From contig NZ_JARXAI010000024.1 of assembly GCF_029865925.1 (NCBI RefSeq), forward strand, positions 26,681-90,680: a stretch of DNA of 64,000 nucleotides, in the 5' to 3' direction. The position numbers were made by a program, and so were the translations under genes. The notes under the pieces were generated by a model. It saw only the letters and a list, made by a program, of their open reading frames with translations. It had not been told where the DNA came from and did no database searches. Numbering within the stretch: the first letter of the stretch is position 1; every line of letters starts with the position of its first letter. Shown here piece by piece: positions 28,423 through 37,957 of the stretch. Source of the stretch: Sphingorhabdus sp. GTDB lineage: Bacteria; Pseudomonadota; Alphaproteobacteria; Sphingomonadales; Sphingomonadaceae.

Positions 28423-29010
28423 TTATGCTCCTTTTAAAATAAGTCTGCGGTGGCGCAGAAATCGAGCCGCAACGAGCAGCAACAACGGGATGAAGTGAAG
28501 GAGCGCTGGCGCTAAATTATTGTGGATGAATATCCAGTGGATCAGAACCAGCACAGCGGCAGGATAGACCAAGCGTTGAAGCCGCTTCCATCCCGCCTTG
28601 AGCGCCCGCATAGAAGCATCATTGCTGGTCATCGCAACGGGCACAAACAATAACATCGCGGCCCAGCCAGTCCAGATACCCAATGCTAAGAACTCAGCCA
28701 GAATATCATCAAGATTTCCCATATCGATGATATAGAAAATAAGATGCAGGACGGCATAGACAAAGGCCGCAACGCCCAACGCACGGCGGCGCTGAATAAG
28801 CCAAATCAGCCATGGTCGTGGCCCAAGCAGCGACAGCAAAGGACTTAGCGCCATCGCCGCAATCATGAAGCGAGCGGACCATTCGCCAGTAGGATGCAGC
28901 ATATCCATCGCGATCAATTCGCCGGACGCATAGCGCTGCAATATGAGCAATGCCGGCAAGCACAGCAGCGCCCAAAAAGCACTCTTGTTGTTAAGAATGA
29001 TTCGCAACAT
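28423..29010 (-). CDS. MsrQ/YedZ-like ferric-reductase transmembrane protein
   Basis: HPTGEWSA....LSPL, RRRALGV..F.Y..LH, TSND...R.L..GWK.L.RLVY and IHW. Start moved to MLRIIL. Confidence 0.85.
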   Translation of the reverse strand: MLRIILNNKSAFWALLCLPALLILQRYASGELIAMDMLHPTGEWSARFMIAAMALSPLLSLLGPRPWLIWLIQRRRALGVAAFVYAVLHLIFYIIDMGNLDDILAEFLALGIWTGWAAMLLFVPVAMTSNDASMRALKAGWKRLQRLVYPAAVLVLIHWIFIHNNLAPALLHFIPLLLLVAARFLRHRRLILKGA

Positions 29011-29155
29011 AGGTTTTTGATAGTGGCCCGTTTGGTTCGGCGCAACGCGCAAATTGAACCGACATCCGCAATATTCCAGACACATGCACCATAAATCATC
29101 ATTTTTTGGCTGCACGTTTCGTGCAATGCTTTATGAAGACATGATGGGGTTGGAA

Positions 29156-29803
29156 ATGTTCAAACGATGTATTCTGGTCGGCAGCGTCTTGTTGCTGTCG
29201 TCATGTGGAGGGCGAGAAAAGCCTGAGGCACCCCGTTCAAGCCAGAGTTTATCTTCAGAAACTGCCCGTAAGTGCATGGCCGCGCTCAAGACAAAATCAG
29301 TCCGCTTTTCAGGCCTACCGAACAAAAGCTTCGACGGCGGATGCCGCACTATTGATACCATTAAGCTTATGGATTTTGGCACGCCGACAACGAATTTGGG
29401 GGCAATGACCTGCCCGCTTGCAGATAATTTCACGGATTGGGCGCGCTTCGCCGTTGCCCCTGCCGCAAAGATGTATCTGAAAGGCGAAGTTGTCCGGATC
29501 GAAACCATGGGCACATTCAACTGCAGGAACGTGAATGGGGCTCGATCAGGAAGATTATCCGAGCACGCCTTTGCCAACGCTATCGACGTTTCGGCCTTCA
29601 TCCTGCGCGATGGACGGCGTGTCTCCGTCCTTGATGGATGGCGCGGATCATCTGCAGAACAGGCATTTTTGCGCCGTCTGCACCAGTCGGCCTGCAAGCG
29701 CTTTGGTACGGTTCTCGGCCCTGATTACAATGCGGCGCATGCCAACCATTTCCATTTCGACATGGCGAAGTCGATGACCAACGGAACGTCTTTTTGCCGA
29801 TAG
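29156..29803 (+). CDS. Extensin-like C-terminal domain lipoprotein
   Basis: Lipobox LSSC; TC.LA, GTFNCRN, SEHAFANAIDVSAF, AC..F.TVLGPDYN.AHANHFHFD. Confidence 0.88.
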   Translation: MFKRCILVGSVLLLSSCGGREKPEAPRSSQSLSSETARKCMAALKTKSVRFSGLPNKSFDGGCRTIDTIKLMDFGTPTTNLGAMTCPLADNFTDWARFAVAPAAKMYLKGEVVRIETMGTFNCRNVNGARSGRLSEHAFANAIDVSAFILRDGRRVSVLDGWRGSSAEQAFLRRLHQSACKRFGTVLGPDYNAAHANHFHFDMAKSMTNGTSFCR

Positions 29804-29842
29804 GGGTGGCAAAAGCGACTTATTCTCCCTACATACAGGGTA

Positions 29843-30709
29843 ATGACAGACACAAAAATTAACGATCGCCGTTTCTACAAAGCACAGCAAGAAGCGGATT
29901 TTGCTGAACAGCAACTCTCTACCCCTCAGACGCAAAGCAAGTCATACAGGCTAGCATTTCAGGACACCGAATTCCTGCTGCGCGAAGATTTGCGCCCAGT
30001 CCGGTTCCAACTGGAATTGCTCAAAACCGAAATGCTGCTCGATGAGGCGAATATCGGTTCCATGCTGGTGATCTACGGCTCCGCGCGCATTCCCGAGCCT
30101 GAAGCCGCAGAGGCATTGTTGGCCGAGGCTGAAGGCGAGCGGGCGACAATCATCGCCGAGCGGATGAAGGAAAAGTCCCGTTTCTACGCCGAAGCCCGCC
30201 ATTTGGCGCAGCTGGCCGGAAAAGCCAATGTCACCGATGAAGAAGGCCGTCGCCATTTCGTCGTATGCTCAGGCGGCGGCCCTTCGATCATGGAAGCTGC
30301 AAACCGCGGCGCACATGATGTCGGTGCAGAATCGATTGGTCTCAACATCGTGCTTCCGCATGAGCAGGCACCGAACCTGTTCGTGACGCCACGTTTAAGC
30401 TTTCAATTCCATTATTTCGCGTTGCGCAAAATGCACTTCCTGCTGCGCGCACGCGCGGTCGCGGTTTTCCCTGGCGGCTTTGGCACATTTGATGAGTTTT
30501 TCGAACTGCTCACACTGGTTCAGACGGGCAAGATCAAAAAGATGCCAATCCTGCTGTTCGGGCGTGAATTTTGGAACCGGGTTGTGAATTTTGAGGAGCT
30601 TATGCTCGAGGGCGTCATAAGCCCTCGTGACTTGGCACTTTTCCAGTTCGTAGAAACCGCAGAAGAGGCATGGCATGCCATCTGCGATTTCTACGAAGTG
30701 TCACATTGA
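29843..30709 (+). CDS. LOG family protein (TIGR00730 Rossmann fold, long form)
   Basis: YGSARI, SGGGPSIMEAANRGA, GLNIVLPHEQ..N, FHYFALRK.HF and PGGFGTFDE. Confidence 0.9.
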   Translation: MTDTKINDRRFYKAQQEADFAEQQLSTPQTQSKSYRLAFQDTEFLLREDLRPVRFQLELLKTEMLLDEANIGSMLVIYGSARIPEPEAAEALLAEAEGERATIIAERMKEKSRFYAEARHLAQLAGKANVTDEEGRRHFVVCSGGGPSIMEAANRGAHDVGAESIGLNIVLPHEQAPNLFVTPRLSFQFHYFALRKMHFLLRARAVAVFPGGFGTFDEFFELLTLVQTGKIKKMPILLFGREFWNRVVNFEELMLEGVISPRDLALFQFVETAEEAWHAICDFYEVSH

Positions 30710-30719
30710 TTTAACCAGA

Positions 30720-31340
30720 TTATTTCGCCGGCGCTGCGGCAGCTGCTGGTGCTGCGGCTGGCGTTGCTGCTGCTGGTGGCGCACCGGCGGCGTCTGCAGG
30801 CGCAGCGGCGTCAGCGGCTGGCGGTGCGGGCAGAGGCAGGTTTGAACCTTGCGAATTTAGATATAGGATCAAATTCGCGCGCTCTTCTGGATTACCCAGA
30901 CCCGCAAAAGTCATCTTCGTGCCGGGTGCATATTTCTTTGGGTTGGACAGCCATTTATCCATGCCTTCCCAATCCCAGTTACCTGGAACGCTTTTCAACG
31001 CGTCGGAATAAGCAAATCCAGCAACATAGCCATGTGGCTTACCCAATGCGGCCCATAGATTTGGACCAATTCCGTTTGGACCGCCCTGCGCGATGTTGTG
31101 GCAGGCTGTGCATTTTTTGAAGACAGCTTCACCCTTAGCGACATCCGCGGTCGCGAGCAGAGTTGCGATTGGCACGGCAGCAACACCACCAGCATCGCCC
31201 GATGCCTCGGCAGCAACGGCAAAGCCCTCTTTTTCAGGCGCTTCGCCATGAAAATACATGCCAGAAACGATGCTCAGTCCCAGCGCGACGATGCCGCCTG
31301 CCAAAACCCAGCCTGCAATTGTATTACTACGATCATCCAT
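30720..31340 (-). CDS. Membrane-anchored cytochrome c2/cM family protein
   Basis: N-terminal TM segment, CTACH heme site, GPNL, PKKYAPGTKMTF (Met ligand) and an Ala/Pro-rich tail. Confidence 0.93.
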   Translation of the reverse strand: MDDRSNTIAGWVLAGGIVALGLSIVSGMYFHGEAPEKEGFAVAAEASGDAGGVAAVPIATLLATADVAKGEAVFKKCTACHNIAQGGPNGIGPNLWAALGKPHGYVAGFAYSDALKSVPGNWDWEGMDKWLSNPKKYAPGTKMTFAGLGNPEERANLILYLNSQGSNLPLPAPPAADAAAPADAAGAPPAAATPAAAPAAAAAPAK

Positions 31341-31485
31341 TGGTTATCAGCCTTGAAGTGCGTTAAAATACCGACGTAGAATGACGTCCGGATTGTGACG
31401 CCCCTCTAATCGCGACAGTTACGCGGTGCAAGTGTCCAAATCGACACTTGCCCGATAAGTTTCCCTAGCCTAACGCCTTGGCCCT

Positions 31486-32379
31486 ATGAACAGTTATCCC
31501 GCACCCGCACTGGCAATAGTCAAAGACATGACGCTTGCTGCACATGAACTTCCTGCAAAAGCGATTGCCTTTCAAGGCGCGCCGGGGGCAAACTCCCATT
31601 TGGCGGCTCTGGAATATGATGCCGACTGCCTGCCCCTGCCCTGTTTTTCGTTCGAAGACGCCATTGATGCGGTACAGGAAGGAACGGCGGCATGCGCCAT
31701 CATTCCAATAGAAAACTCGCTGCATGGCCGCGTTGCGGACATTCACTTTTTGCTCCCTGAATCGGGCCTTAGCATCATAGCCGAGCATTTTATGTCGATC
31801 CGCCATTGCCTGATGGCGAAGTCGGCAGACGCGGTCATAAAAACGGCGATGAGCCACCCGCAAGCGCTTGGCCAGTGCCGACATTTCCTGCGCGCTAATA
31901 GCATAATTCCGGTGGCCTATGCGGACACCGCTGCCGCTGCTGCGTTTGTTGCCGCCAACGACGACCCGGCGGCTGCGGCCATCGCGCCGCCGATTGCGGC
32001 CGCTTTATATGGTCTGGTTGCCATTAACGATGCCGTGCAAGACGACATGAGCAACATGACGCGTTTTGTTGTACTTTCACGCGCGCCCGTCGATCGCAGC
32101 AGCCTCACCGGCACGTTGATGACTACCCTCATTTTTGAGGTCAAGAACATTCCCGCTGCTTTGTATAAGGCGATGGGCGGCTTTGCGACAAACGGCGTCA
32201 ATATGACGAAGCTGGAAAGCTATCAAAACGGCGCAAGCTTTGCCGCCACGGAATTCTTTGCCGATATCGAAGGCGCACCGGGTGATCCCGCGGTAGACCG
32301 CGCGCTCGAGGAACTGCGCTTCCACTGCAACTCGGTCCGCTTGCTCGGCACCTATACGCAAACCCGCAACCGCGGTTGA
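31486..32379 (+). CDS. pheA: Prephenate dehydratase
   Basis: FQGAPGANSH, IPIENSLHG, SHPQALGQC, DTAAAA, NMTRF and ACT-domain NMTKLESY. Confidence 0.95.
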   Translation: MNSYPAPALAIVKDMTLAAHELPAKAIAFQGAPGANSHLAALEYDADCLPLPCFSFEDAIDAVQEGTAACAIIPIENSLHGRVADIHFLLPESGLSIIAEHFMSIRHCLMAKSADAVIKTAMSHPQALGQCRHFLRANSIIPVAYADTAAAAAFVAANDDPAAAAIAPPIAAALYGLVAINDAVQDDMSNMTRFVVLSRAPVDRSSLTGTLMTTLIFEVKNIPAALYKAMGGFATNGVNMTKLESYQNGASFAATEFFADIEGAPGDPAVDRALEELRFHCNSVRLLGTYTQTRNRG

Positions 32380-32437
32380 AGCTGTTAAGCAACCGCCTCT
32401 TGTGGCGTGGTCTGTATGATTTCAAAGTGGTTCAGTT

Positions 32438-32463
32438 GGAACCCATACGCATTTTCAAGCGTT
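32438..32463 (+). promoter_or_regulatory. EcfG/sigmaT (general stress response) promoter
   Basis: GGAAC (32438-42), N17, CGTT (32460-63) matches the alphaproteobacterial GSR consensus; it lies 30 nt before the DUF2171 frame. Confidence 0.7.
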
Positions 32464-32492
32464 GGCTATGTTCTCAACCAAAGGAACATAAG

Positions 32493-32747
32493 AAGGCCGA
32501 CCTATCACAGATTAAAGAACATGCAGAAGTTATAGGCGCTGACGGCGTTCATGTTGGCACCGTTGATGGCGTTGAAGGCAATCGCATCAAGCTGACCAAG
32601 TCAGATTCAGGACAAGGCGGCCATGAAGGCCATCATCATTATATTGATGGCGGACTGGTGGCCTCGGTCCACGATAACACTGTTCGCCTGTCGGCCAATG
32701 GCGACGTTGCGTTGACGTTTGAAACTGAAGAAACCAAAGACAGCTGA
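32493..32747 (+). CDS. DUF2171-family protein; start codon appears mutated to AAG (possible pseudogene)
   Basis: ADLSQIKEHAEVIGADGVHVGTVD.V.G.RIKLTK.DS..G.H.GHHH.I...LVA....VRLSA. AAGGA RBS lies 7 nt before AAG; there is no in-frame ATG. Confidence 0.75.
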   Translation, partial: KADLSQIKEHAEVIGADGVHVGTVDGVEGNRIKLTKSDSGQGGHEGHHHYIDGGLVASVHDNTVRLSANGDVALTFETEETKDS

Positions 32748-32765
32748 TGCAGCGTGGCGGCGACT

Positions 32766-35582
32766 TTAGTGCGCCGCCCCCCAGCTTGGTCCAGTGCCGA
32801 TTTCAATGCCCAAGGGCACATTGAGCTTCACCAGCGGCTCTGCGGCATTGGCCATGACGTTGCGGATGATTTCGCTTGCGGCAGCGACGTCGGCTTGCGG
32901 CAATTCAAATACCAATTCGTCATGCACTTGAAGCAGCATTTGGACGTGGCCTAAGCCAGCAGCTTTGAGCGCCGGTCCCATTTGCACCATGGCGCGTTTG
33001 ATGATGTCGGCGCTTGTCCCTTGAATGGGTGCATTTATCGCCGCCCGCTCGCTGCCCTGCCGTTCGGCTTGGTTGGGTGACGTAATGCGCGGAAACCATG
33101 TTTTACGCCCGAACAAGGTGGTTGAGTGCCCACATTCGCGCACTGTGGCCATCGTTTCCTGAATATAATTGGAAATGCCGGGGAAGCGTTTGAAATAAGC
33201 GTCAATAAGCGCCTGCGCCTCGTCCGCCGAAGATTCCAGACGCTTTGAAAGTCCCCATCGCGAGATGCCATAGAGGATGGAGAAGTTGATTGTTTTGGCC
33301 CGTCCGCGTGTGTCGCGGTTCACTTCGCCAAACAGTTCCAGCGCGGTGCGCGCATGGATATCTTCGCCCTTTTCAAAAGCATCGCGCAAGGGCGCCACAT
33401 CGGCAAAATGCGCGGCAAGGCGCAGTTCGATCTGGCTATAGTCGGCAGACAATATGACATTGCCGGGTTCGGCGACAAATGCGTCCCTTATCTGACGCCC
33501 CGTCTCGGTCCGAATAGGAATATTCTGCAAATTGGGGTCCGTTGACGACAGTCGCCCGGTTTGCGCACCCACAAGGCTGTAGCTCGTGTGTACGCGGCCT
33601 GTTTTTGGGTCAATCTGCTGCTGCAGGCTGTCTGTATAGGTGGACTTAAGCTTTGCTAGCTGGCGCCAGTCCAGCACCTTGCGCGCGATTTCGATACCCT
33701 GTCCCGCAAGATCCTCAAGCACCGTCGCGTCAGTCGAATATTGCCCTGATTTGCCCTTTTTGCCACCCTTATATCCCATTTTACCAAACAGAATGTCGCC
33801 CAATTGCTGCGGGCTTCCAATGGTAAAAGGTTGTCCGGCCAGCCCGTGGATTTCCTTTTCCAGTATTTCCATTTGCGCGGCAAATTCGGACGACAGGCGC
33901 GCAAGGGCGGCGCGGTCCACCTTTATGCCAGCACATTCCATCTGCGAGAGCACAGGCACCAACGGGCGGTCTACCAGTTCATAAACGCTGGTCGCTTTTT
34001 CGGGGCTCAGCCGCAGTTTCAGATGATGCCACAGCCGCAACGTCACATCGGCGTCTTCTGCCGCGTAGCATGTGGCATCCGACAACGGCACCGCGGCAAA
34101 GCCAATCTGGCTTTTGCCCGTGCCAGTGACACTTTTGTACGAAATGCATTCATGCCCAAGATGCGTCTTTGCAAGCTCATCCATGCCATGCAACTGACGC
34201 CCTGCGTCCAGTGCAAAGCTCATCACCATAGTGTCGTCATAAGGCGTGATTTGAACATTATGCCGCGCCAGCACGGACATGTCATATTTCAAATTCTGAC
34301 CGATTTTCAGAACGCTTGGATCGCTCAGAAGCGGGCGTAACTTTGCCAGCGCCGCATCCATCGGGATTTGCACGGGCTTTTCCGCAAACATATCCGTCCC
34401 GCCATGCGCGAAGGGCACATAGCATGCTTCGCCGGGGGCGACTGCGAGGCTTAGACCAACGAGGTTCGCACTCGCCGCCTGCAAGCTGTCGGTTTCGGTG
34501 TCAAAGCCAAGCGTGCCGGTTTCGCGGGCGCGGGTGATCCAATGGTCCAGCCGCGATATGTCTGTCACGCATTCATAAGCCGAAACGTCGATCTTTGGCA
34601 TCGGCGCAGGCACGGCCGACGCCCCTGTTACCGGCGCACGTTCGGCGCCGTCGCCGGCGTTCGTAGCCTTGGGGTTGCCCGCAATCGCCTTGTTGGCAGC
34701 GGCGGTGTTCGCAACATGCCCAATGCGCTTCAGCAGGGAATTAAACCCGTGATGCTGTAAAAATTCGGCCAGCGGCTCTTCCGGAATCGCACCCAAAACC
34801 ATGTCTTCAATGGCAATCGGCAGCGGGCAGTCTTCTTTCAACGTGACCAAAACTTTCGACAGCCGAGCCTTGTCTGCATGCTCGATGAGGTTATCGCGCA
34901 TTTTGGATGGCTTCATATCCGGTGCCGCGACCAAGACGCTTTCGAGATCGCCAAATTCCTGGATCAGCTTGGTCGCGGTCTTTGGGCCAACGCCCGGTAC
35001 ACCCGGCACATTATCTACGCTATCGCCCATGAGCGCGAGCACATCACCGACCTTTTCCGGGCCAACACCAAATTTTTCATATACTTCTTCGGCGCGGATG
35101 CGTTCGTTTTTCATGGTGTCAAACATGTCGATGCAAGGTTCCACAAGCTGCATCAGGTCCTTATCGCTGCTGATGATGGTGACATGCCAGCCAGCCGCAC
35201 ATGCGGCCTTGGCGTAGCTTGCGATCATGTCATCGGCTTCGACATCATCCTCTTCGATCAACGGCAACGAAAACGCGCGCGTTGCATCGCGGATCATGGG
35301 AAATTGCGGCTTTAGGTCTTCCGGCGGGTCGGGGCGATGCGCCTTATACTGGTCGTAAATGCGGTTGCGGAAGGTCTGGCTGGATTTATCCAGCACCACC
35401 GCCATGTGCGTTGGACCATCGGCTTGGTTGAGGTCATCCGCCAATTTCCACAACATCGTAGTATAGCCATAGACCGCGCCCACAGGTTCACCATGCTTGT
35501 TAGTGAGCGGCGGCAGCCGGTGATAGGCCCGGAAAATATAGGCGGAGCCGTCAACGAGGTAGAGATGCTTTTGATCAGACAT
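32766..35582 (-). CDS. polA: DNA polymerase I
   Basis: LVDGSAYIFRAYH (5'-3' exo), GFDTETDS (3'-5' exo), GRLSSTDPNLQNIP, ADYSQIELR and LQVHDEL. Start moved to MSDQKH. Confidence 0.98.
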   Translation of the reverse strand: MSDQKHLYLVDGSAYIFRAYHRLPPLTNKHGEPVGAVYGYTTMLWKLADDLNQADGPTHMAVVLDKSSQTFRNRIYDQYKAHRPDPPEDLKPQFPMIRDATRAFSLPLIEEDDVEADDMIASYAKAACAAGWHVTIISSDKDLMQLVEPCIDMFDTMKNERIRAEEVYEKFGVGPEKVGDVLALMGDSVDNVPGVPGVGPKTATKLIQEFGDLESVLVAAPDMKPSKMRDNLIEHADKARLSKVLVTLKEDCPLPIAIEDMVLGAIPEEPLAEFLQHHGFNSLLKRIGHVANTAAANKAIAGNPKATNAGDGAERAPVTGASAVPAPMPKIDVSAYECVTDISRLDHWITRARETGTLGFDTETDSLQAASANLVGLSLAVAPGEACYVPFAHGGTDMFAEKPVQIPMDAALAKLRPLLSDPSVLKIGQNLKYDMSVLARHNVQITPYDDTMVMSFALDAGRQLHGMDELAKTHLGHECISYKSVTGTGKSQIGFAAVPLSDATCYAAEDADVTLRLWHHLKLRLSPEKATSVYELVDRPLVPVLSQMECAGIKVDRAALARLSSEFAAQMEILEKEIHGLAGQPFTIGSPQQLGDILFGKMGYKGGKKGKSGQYSTDATVLEDLAGQGIEIARKVLDWRQLAKLKSTYTDSLQQQIDPKTGRVHTSYSLVGAQTGRLSSTDPNLQNIPIRTETGRQIRDAFVAEPGNVILSADYSQIELRLAAHFADVAPLRDAFEKGEDIHARTALELFGEVNRDTRGRAKTINFSILYGISRWGLSKRLESSADEAQALIDAYFKRFPGISNYIQETMATVRECGHSTTLFGRKTWFPRITSPNQAERQGSERAAINAPIQGTSADIIKRAMVQMGPALKAAGLGHVQMLLQVHDELVFELPQADVAAASEIIRNVMANAAEPLVKLNVPLGIEIGTGPSWGAAH

Positions 35583-35651
35583 GACGGTGCGATAGCAGCC
35601 CGTTTTGGCCAAGTCTTTTGCTAATTTGTTACGTCAGTGCTGACGCAGGAT

Positions 35652-36530
35652 TTAGCGCGATTTGCGCAGCAAAAGGAGGCCACTAGCGATTATGATACCT
35701 GACCCAAGGAGAGACGTAACATCCGGCCAGTCGCCAAAAACAAGAATGCCAACGACCAGCGCAATTAACAATTGAACATATGTCATGGGCGCAATTTCTG
35801 CGGCGGATGCGCGCGTCGTGGCCATATATATCAACCAATGTCCAAAACTTGCGGTGACGGCAACCAACGTGCAGCGCGCGATAATTGTCCAATCGGGAAC
35901 ACCGACATGCAGCGCTTCGACGCCCGAAAAATGGCCAATAAAGGCAGCGCAAAAGATGAAGGGCACCGCAAGTGACGCCACCAAAAATTGCATCAGCAAT
36001 GGCGAACCCGTCCCTGCCACGGCGCGGTTGCCAATTATCATGAACGCCATGCTCATTGCCGCCGCCAGTGGCAGTAACGCGACCCAGCCAAGCTCCATAA
36101 CATTAGGCCGCATGATCAACAACACACCGCCAAAGGCCACAAAAATGGCAATCCATTTCGTCGCATGGGTCCGTTCGTGCAGGAACATCGCGCTAAAAAT
36201 CGCTGTTATCATGGGGCTGGTAAAGCCGATGGCCGTTGCGTCGGCCAATGGCATGAGGAAAATCGACGAGAAAAAACAGATGGTCGCCGTGGCCACCGAA
36301 AATCCCCGTAACAGCTGCAATTTGGGCATGGGCATAGCAAAACCTTGCCGCCCTTCCTTCAGTAACAGCAAAGCGCCAAGACCTATGGCACCAATCGAAT
36401 AGCGCAGCGCAGCGACAGCGGTGCCGGGCCATGCCCCCGCGATAGATTTGATGACCGCATCGCCAATCGACAAAAGTGCAAATCCGCACAAAGCGTATAA
36501 CAAGCCAGACCGGGCCGAGGATGATGTCAC
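35652..36530 (-). CDS. DMT/EamA-family transporter
   Basis: About 10 TM helices in two EamA repeats; LADATAIGFTSP, FLHER, ASAAEIAP..Y.QL and FGDWP. Confidence 0.9.
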   Translation of the reverse strand: MTSSSARSGLLYALCGFALLSIGDAVIKSIAGAWPGTAVAALRYSIGAIGLGALLLLKEGRQGFAMPMPKLQLLRGFSVATATICFFSSIFLMPLADATAIGFTSPMITAIFSAMFLHERTHATKWIAIFVAFGGVLLIMRPNVMELGWVALLPLAAAMSMAFMIIGNRAVAGTGSPLLMQFLVASLAVPFIFCAAFIGHFSGVEALHVGVPDWTIIARCTLVAVTASFGHWLIYMATTRASAAEIAPMTYVQLLIALVVGILVFGDWPDVTSLLGSGIIIASGLLLLRKSR

Positions 36531-36679
36531 GAAAATTTCCCCAATAGAAGCGCCGCCTTAATCCGCTTTATCCGGAATGGAAAGCAACGCAATCGTCGCG
36601 CTATTTCTATGCAGGATGATGCCAATTTCCCGCTGTGATCATCGGCTATTGCAAACCACTGGGCAAGGGTCAGCGCCGG

Positions 36680-36895
36680 TTAAAGTCCCTTAATCGCCAA
36701 CGCCGCTGTCAGGACAGTTGCCAGCACCGAAAACACGGTATTGGCTGTCCACGGCATGAACCCCACATCGTCAATATTGGCGCGATTATGGCGGCGGCGA
36801 TCCGCCAGGCTACTGACCAACACCACCACGGCAGACATCACGGATGACGCCGCCCACAGATGATCTTGCCAAATAAATTGCTCAAACGCGTGCAT
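36680..36895 (-). CDS. Small membrane protein, unknown function
   Basis: 71 aa; two hydrophobic segments flanking ADRRR...DVGFMPWT; 21 nt downstream of the nitrilase gene. Confidence 0.65.
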   Translation of the reverse strand: MHAFEQFIWQDHLWAASSVMSAVVVLVSSLADRRRHNRANIDDVGFMPWTANTVFSVLATVLTAALAIKGL

Positions 36896-36916
36896 GGGCT
36901 TGCCCTTAATGCGGAT

Positions 36917-37744
36917 TTATTCGGCAATAAAGGGTGAAGGAATGTTCCGCCGGTTTGCATGAACAGGAATCTGTTGTCGTACCCGCTTTATAGTATCGAG
37001 ATCGAGATCGACGCAGACCAGTCCAGGCAAGCTGCTCATATCGAGCAATATGGTGCCCCATGGATCAACCACGAGCGAATGGCCATAGGTTTGCCGGCCG
37101 TCTTCATGAACACCGCATTGCGCCGCCGCGATAACGAATGCCGCACTTTCGATCGCCCGTGCGCGCAGAAGCGCATGCCAATGCGCTTCACCGGTGGGAA
37201 CGGTAAAGGCAGATGGTAGCGTCAATACGTCAACGCCCGATTTGGCATATGCGCTGAACAAATCGGGAAAGCGCATATCATAGCAAATCGCGAGGCCCAT
37301 CAGGCCAAGGGGCGTTTGAACCACCACGGGCTGTTCTCCGCCGACATAAGCCGATGACTCATGCCACGTTTCACCCGACGCCAAATCAACATCAAAGAGA
37401 TGCATTTTGTCGTAACGGGCCGCAATTGCAACATCTGGAGAGATTATGATGCTTCGATTGGCTAACTTTTCCGCGCCATCATTCAAAATGGGCATGGAAC
37501 CGATATGCACCCATATCCGATGTCGGGCGGCAGCCGCGATAAGGCTTTGCAGTGCAATGCTGTGGGATTCAACCGCCATGTGTTTGCCGGCGCGGGCGCG
37601 GTCACGATCAACCAGTAGCGCCATTTCTGGCGCAAAATACATCGACGCGCCGTTTTCAGCAGCTTTAGCAATAGCGTCTTGCATATCCGAAGCGTTGCGC
37701 ATCGGATCAATGCAACTGGTCATCTGATGCAAAGCTATCCGCAT
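36917..37744 (-). CDS. Carbon-nitrogen hydrolase (Nit1/deaminated glutathione amidase-like)
   Basis: E-K-C triad in FAPEM, YDKMHLFDV and ICYDMRFP; PSAFTVPTGEAHW..LLRARAIE; TYGHSLVVDPWG. Confidence 0.93.
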   Translation of the reverse strand: MRIALHQMTSCIDPMRNASDMQDAIAKAAENGASMYFAPEMALLVDRDRARAGKHMAVESHSIALQSLIAAAARHRIWVHIGSMPILNDGAEKLANRSIIISPDVAIAARYDKMHLFDVDLASGETWHESSAYVGGEQPVVVQTPLGLMGLAICYDMRFPDLFSAYAKSGVDVLTLPSAFTVPTGEAHWHALLRARAIESAAFVIAAAQCGVHEDGRQTYGHSLVVDPWGTILLDMSSLPGLVCVDLDLDTIKRVRQQIPVHANRRNIPSPFIAE

Positions 37745-37920
37745 AAAAACCTGATGGATCTTAACTAAGTGGAAAATGACATCGCTGCCTGACAGGCATT
37801 TCACTCATCAAGCAACATTGCAAGAGATATGCAACCTGCGACATGGATAAAGCAAAAACAAGATGAAGAAGCAGTTTAGCGTTCGCGTGATCGGCGATAT
37901 TCAGACCGCACAAGCGCTCA

Positions 37921-37950
37921 CTTGCGCTTTGCGCGGATGTTTCCCATATC
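37921..37950 (+). promoter_or_regulatory. RpoH (sigma32)-type heat-shock promoter of hslVU
   Basis: CTTG-N18-CCCATAT immediately upstream of hslV. Confidence 0.65.
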
Positions 37951-37957
37951 CGTTGCC

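Noticed and set aside
31428-31451. 9-bp inverted repeat GCAAGTGTC/GACACTTGC between the cytochrome c gene and pheA
   Set aside because: Largely explained by back-to-back -35 boxes (TTGCCC-N17-TAACGC on plus, TTGCAC-N17-TAGAGG on minus).
32376-32492. N-terminal extension of DUF2171 from the TTG overlapping the pheA stop
   Set aside because: It runs through the EcfG promoter and has no family resemblance; the RBS points to 32493.
37760-37920. Hydrophobic minus-strand frame (…[19 protein letters not shown]…) faintly like a YqhA/UPF0114 C-terminus, and a TTGCA-N7-TGCAA repeat
   Set aside because: Similarity is too weak to call by eye; no start or RBS.
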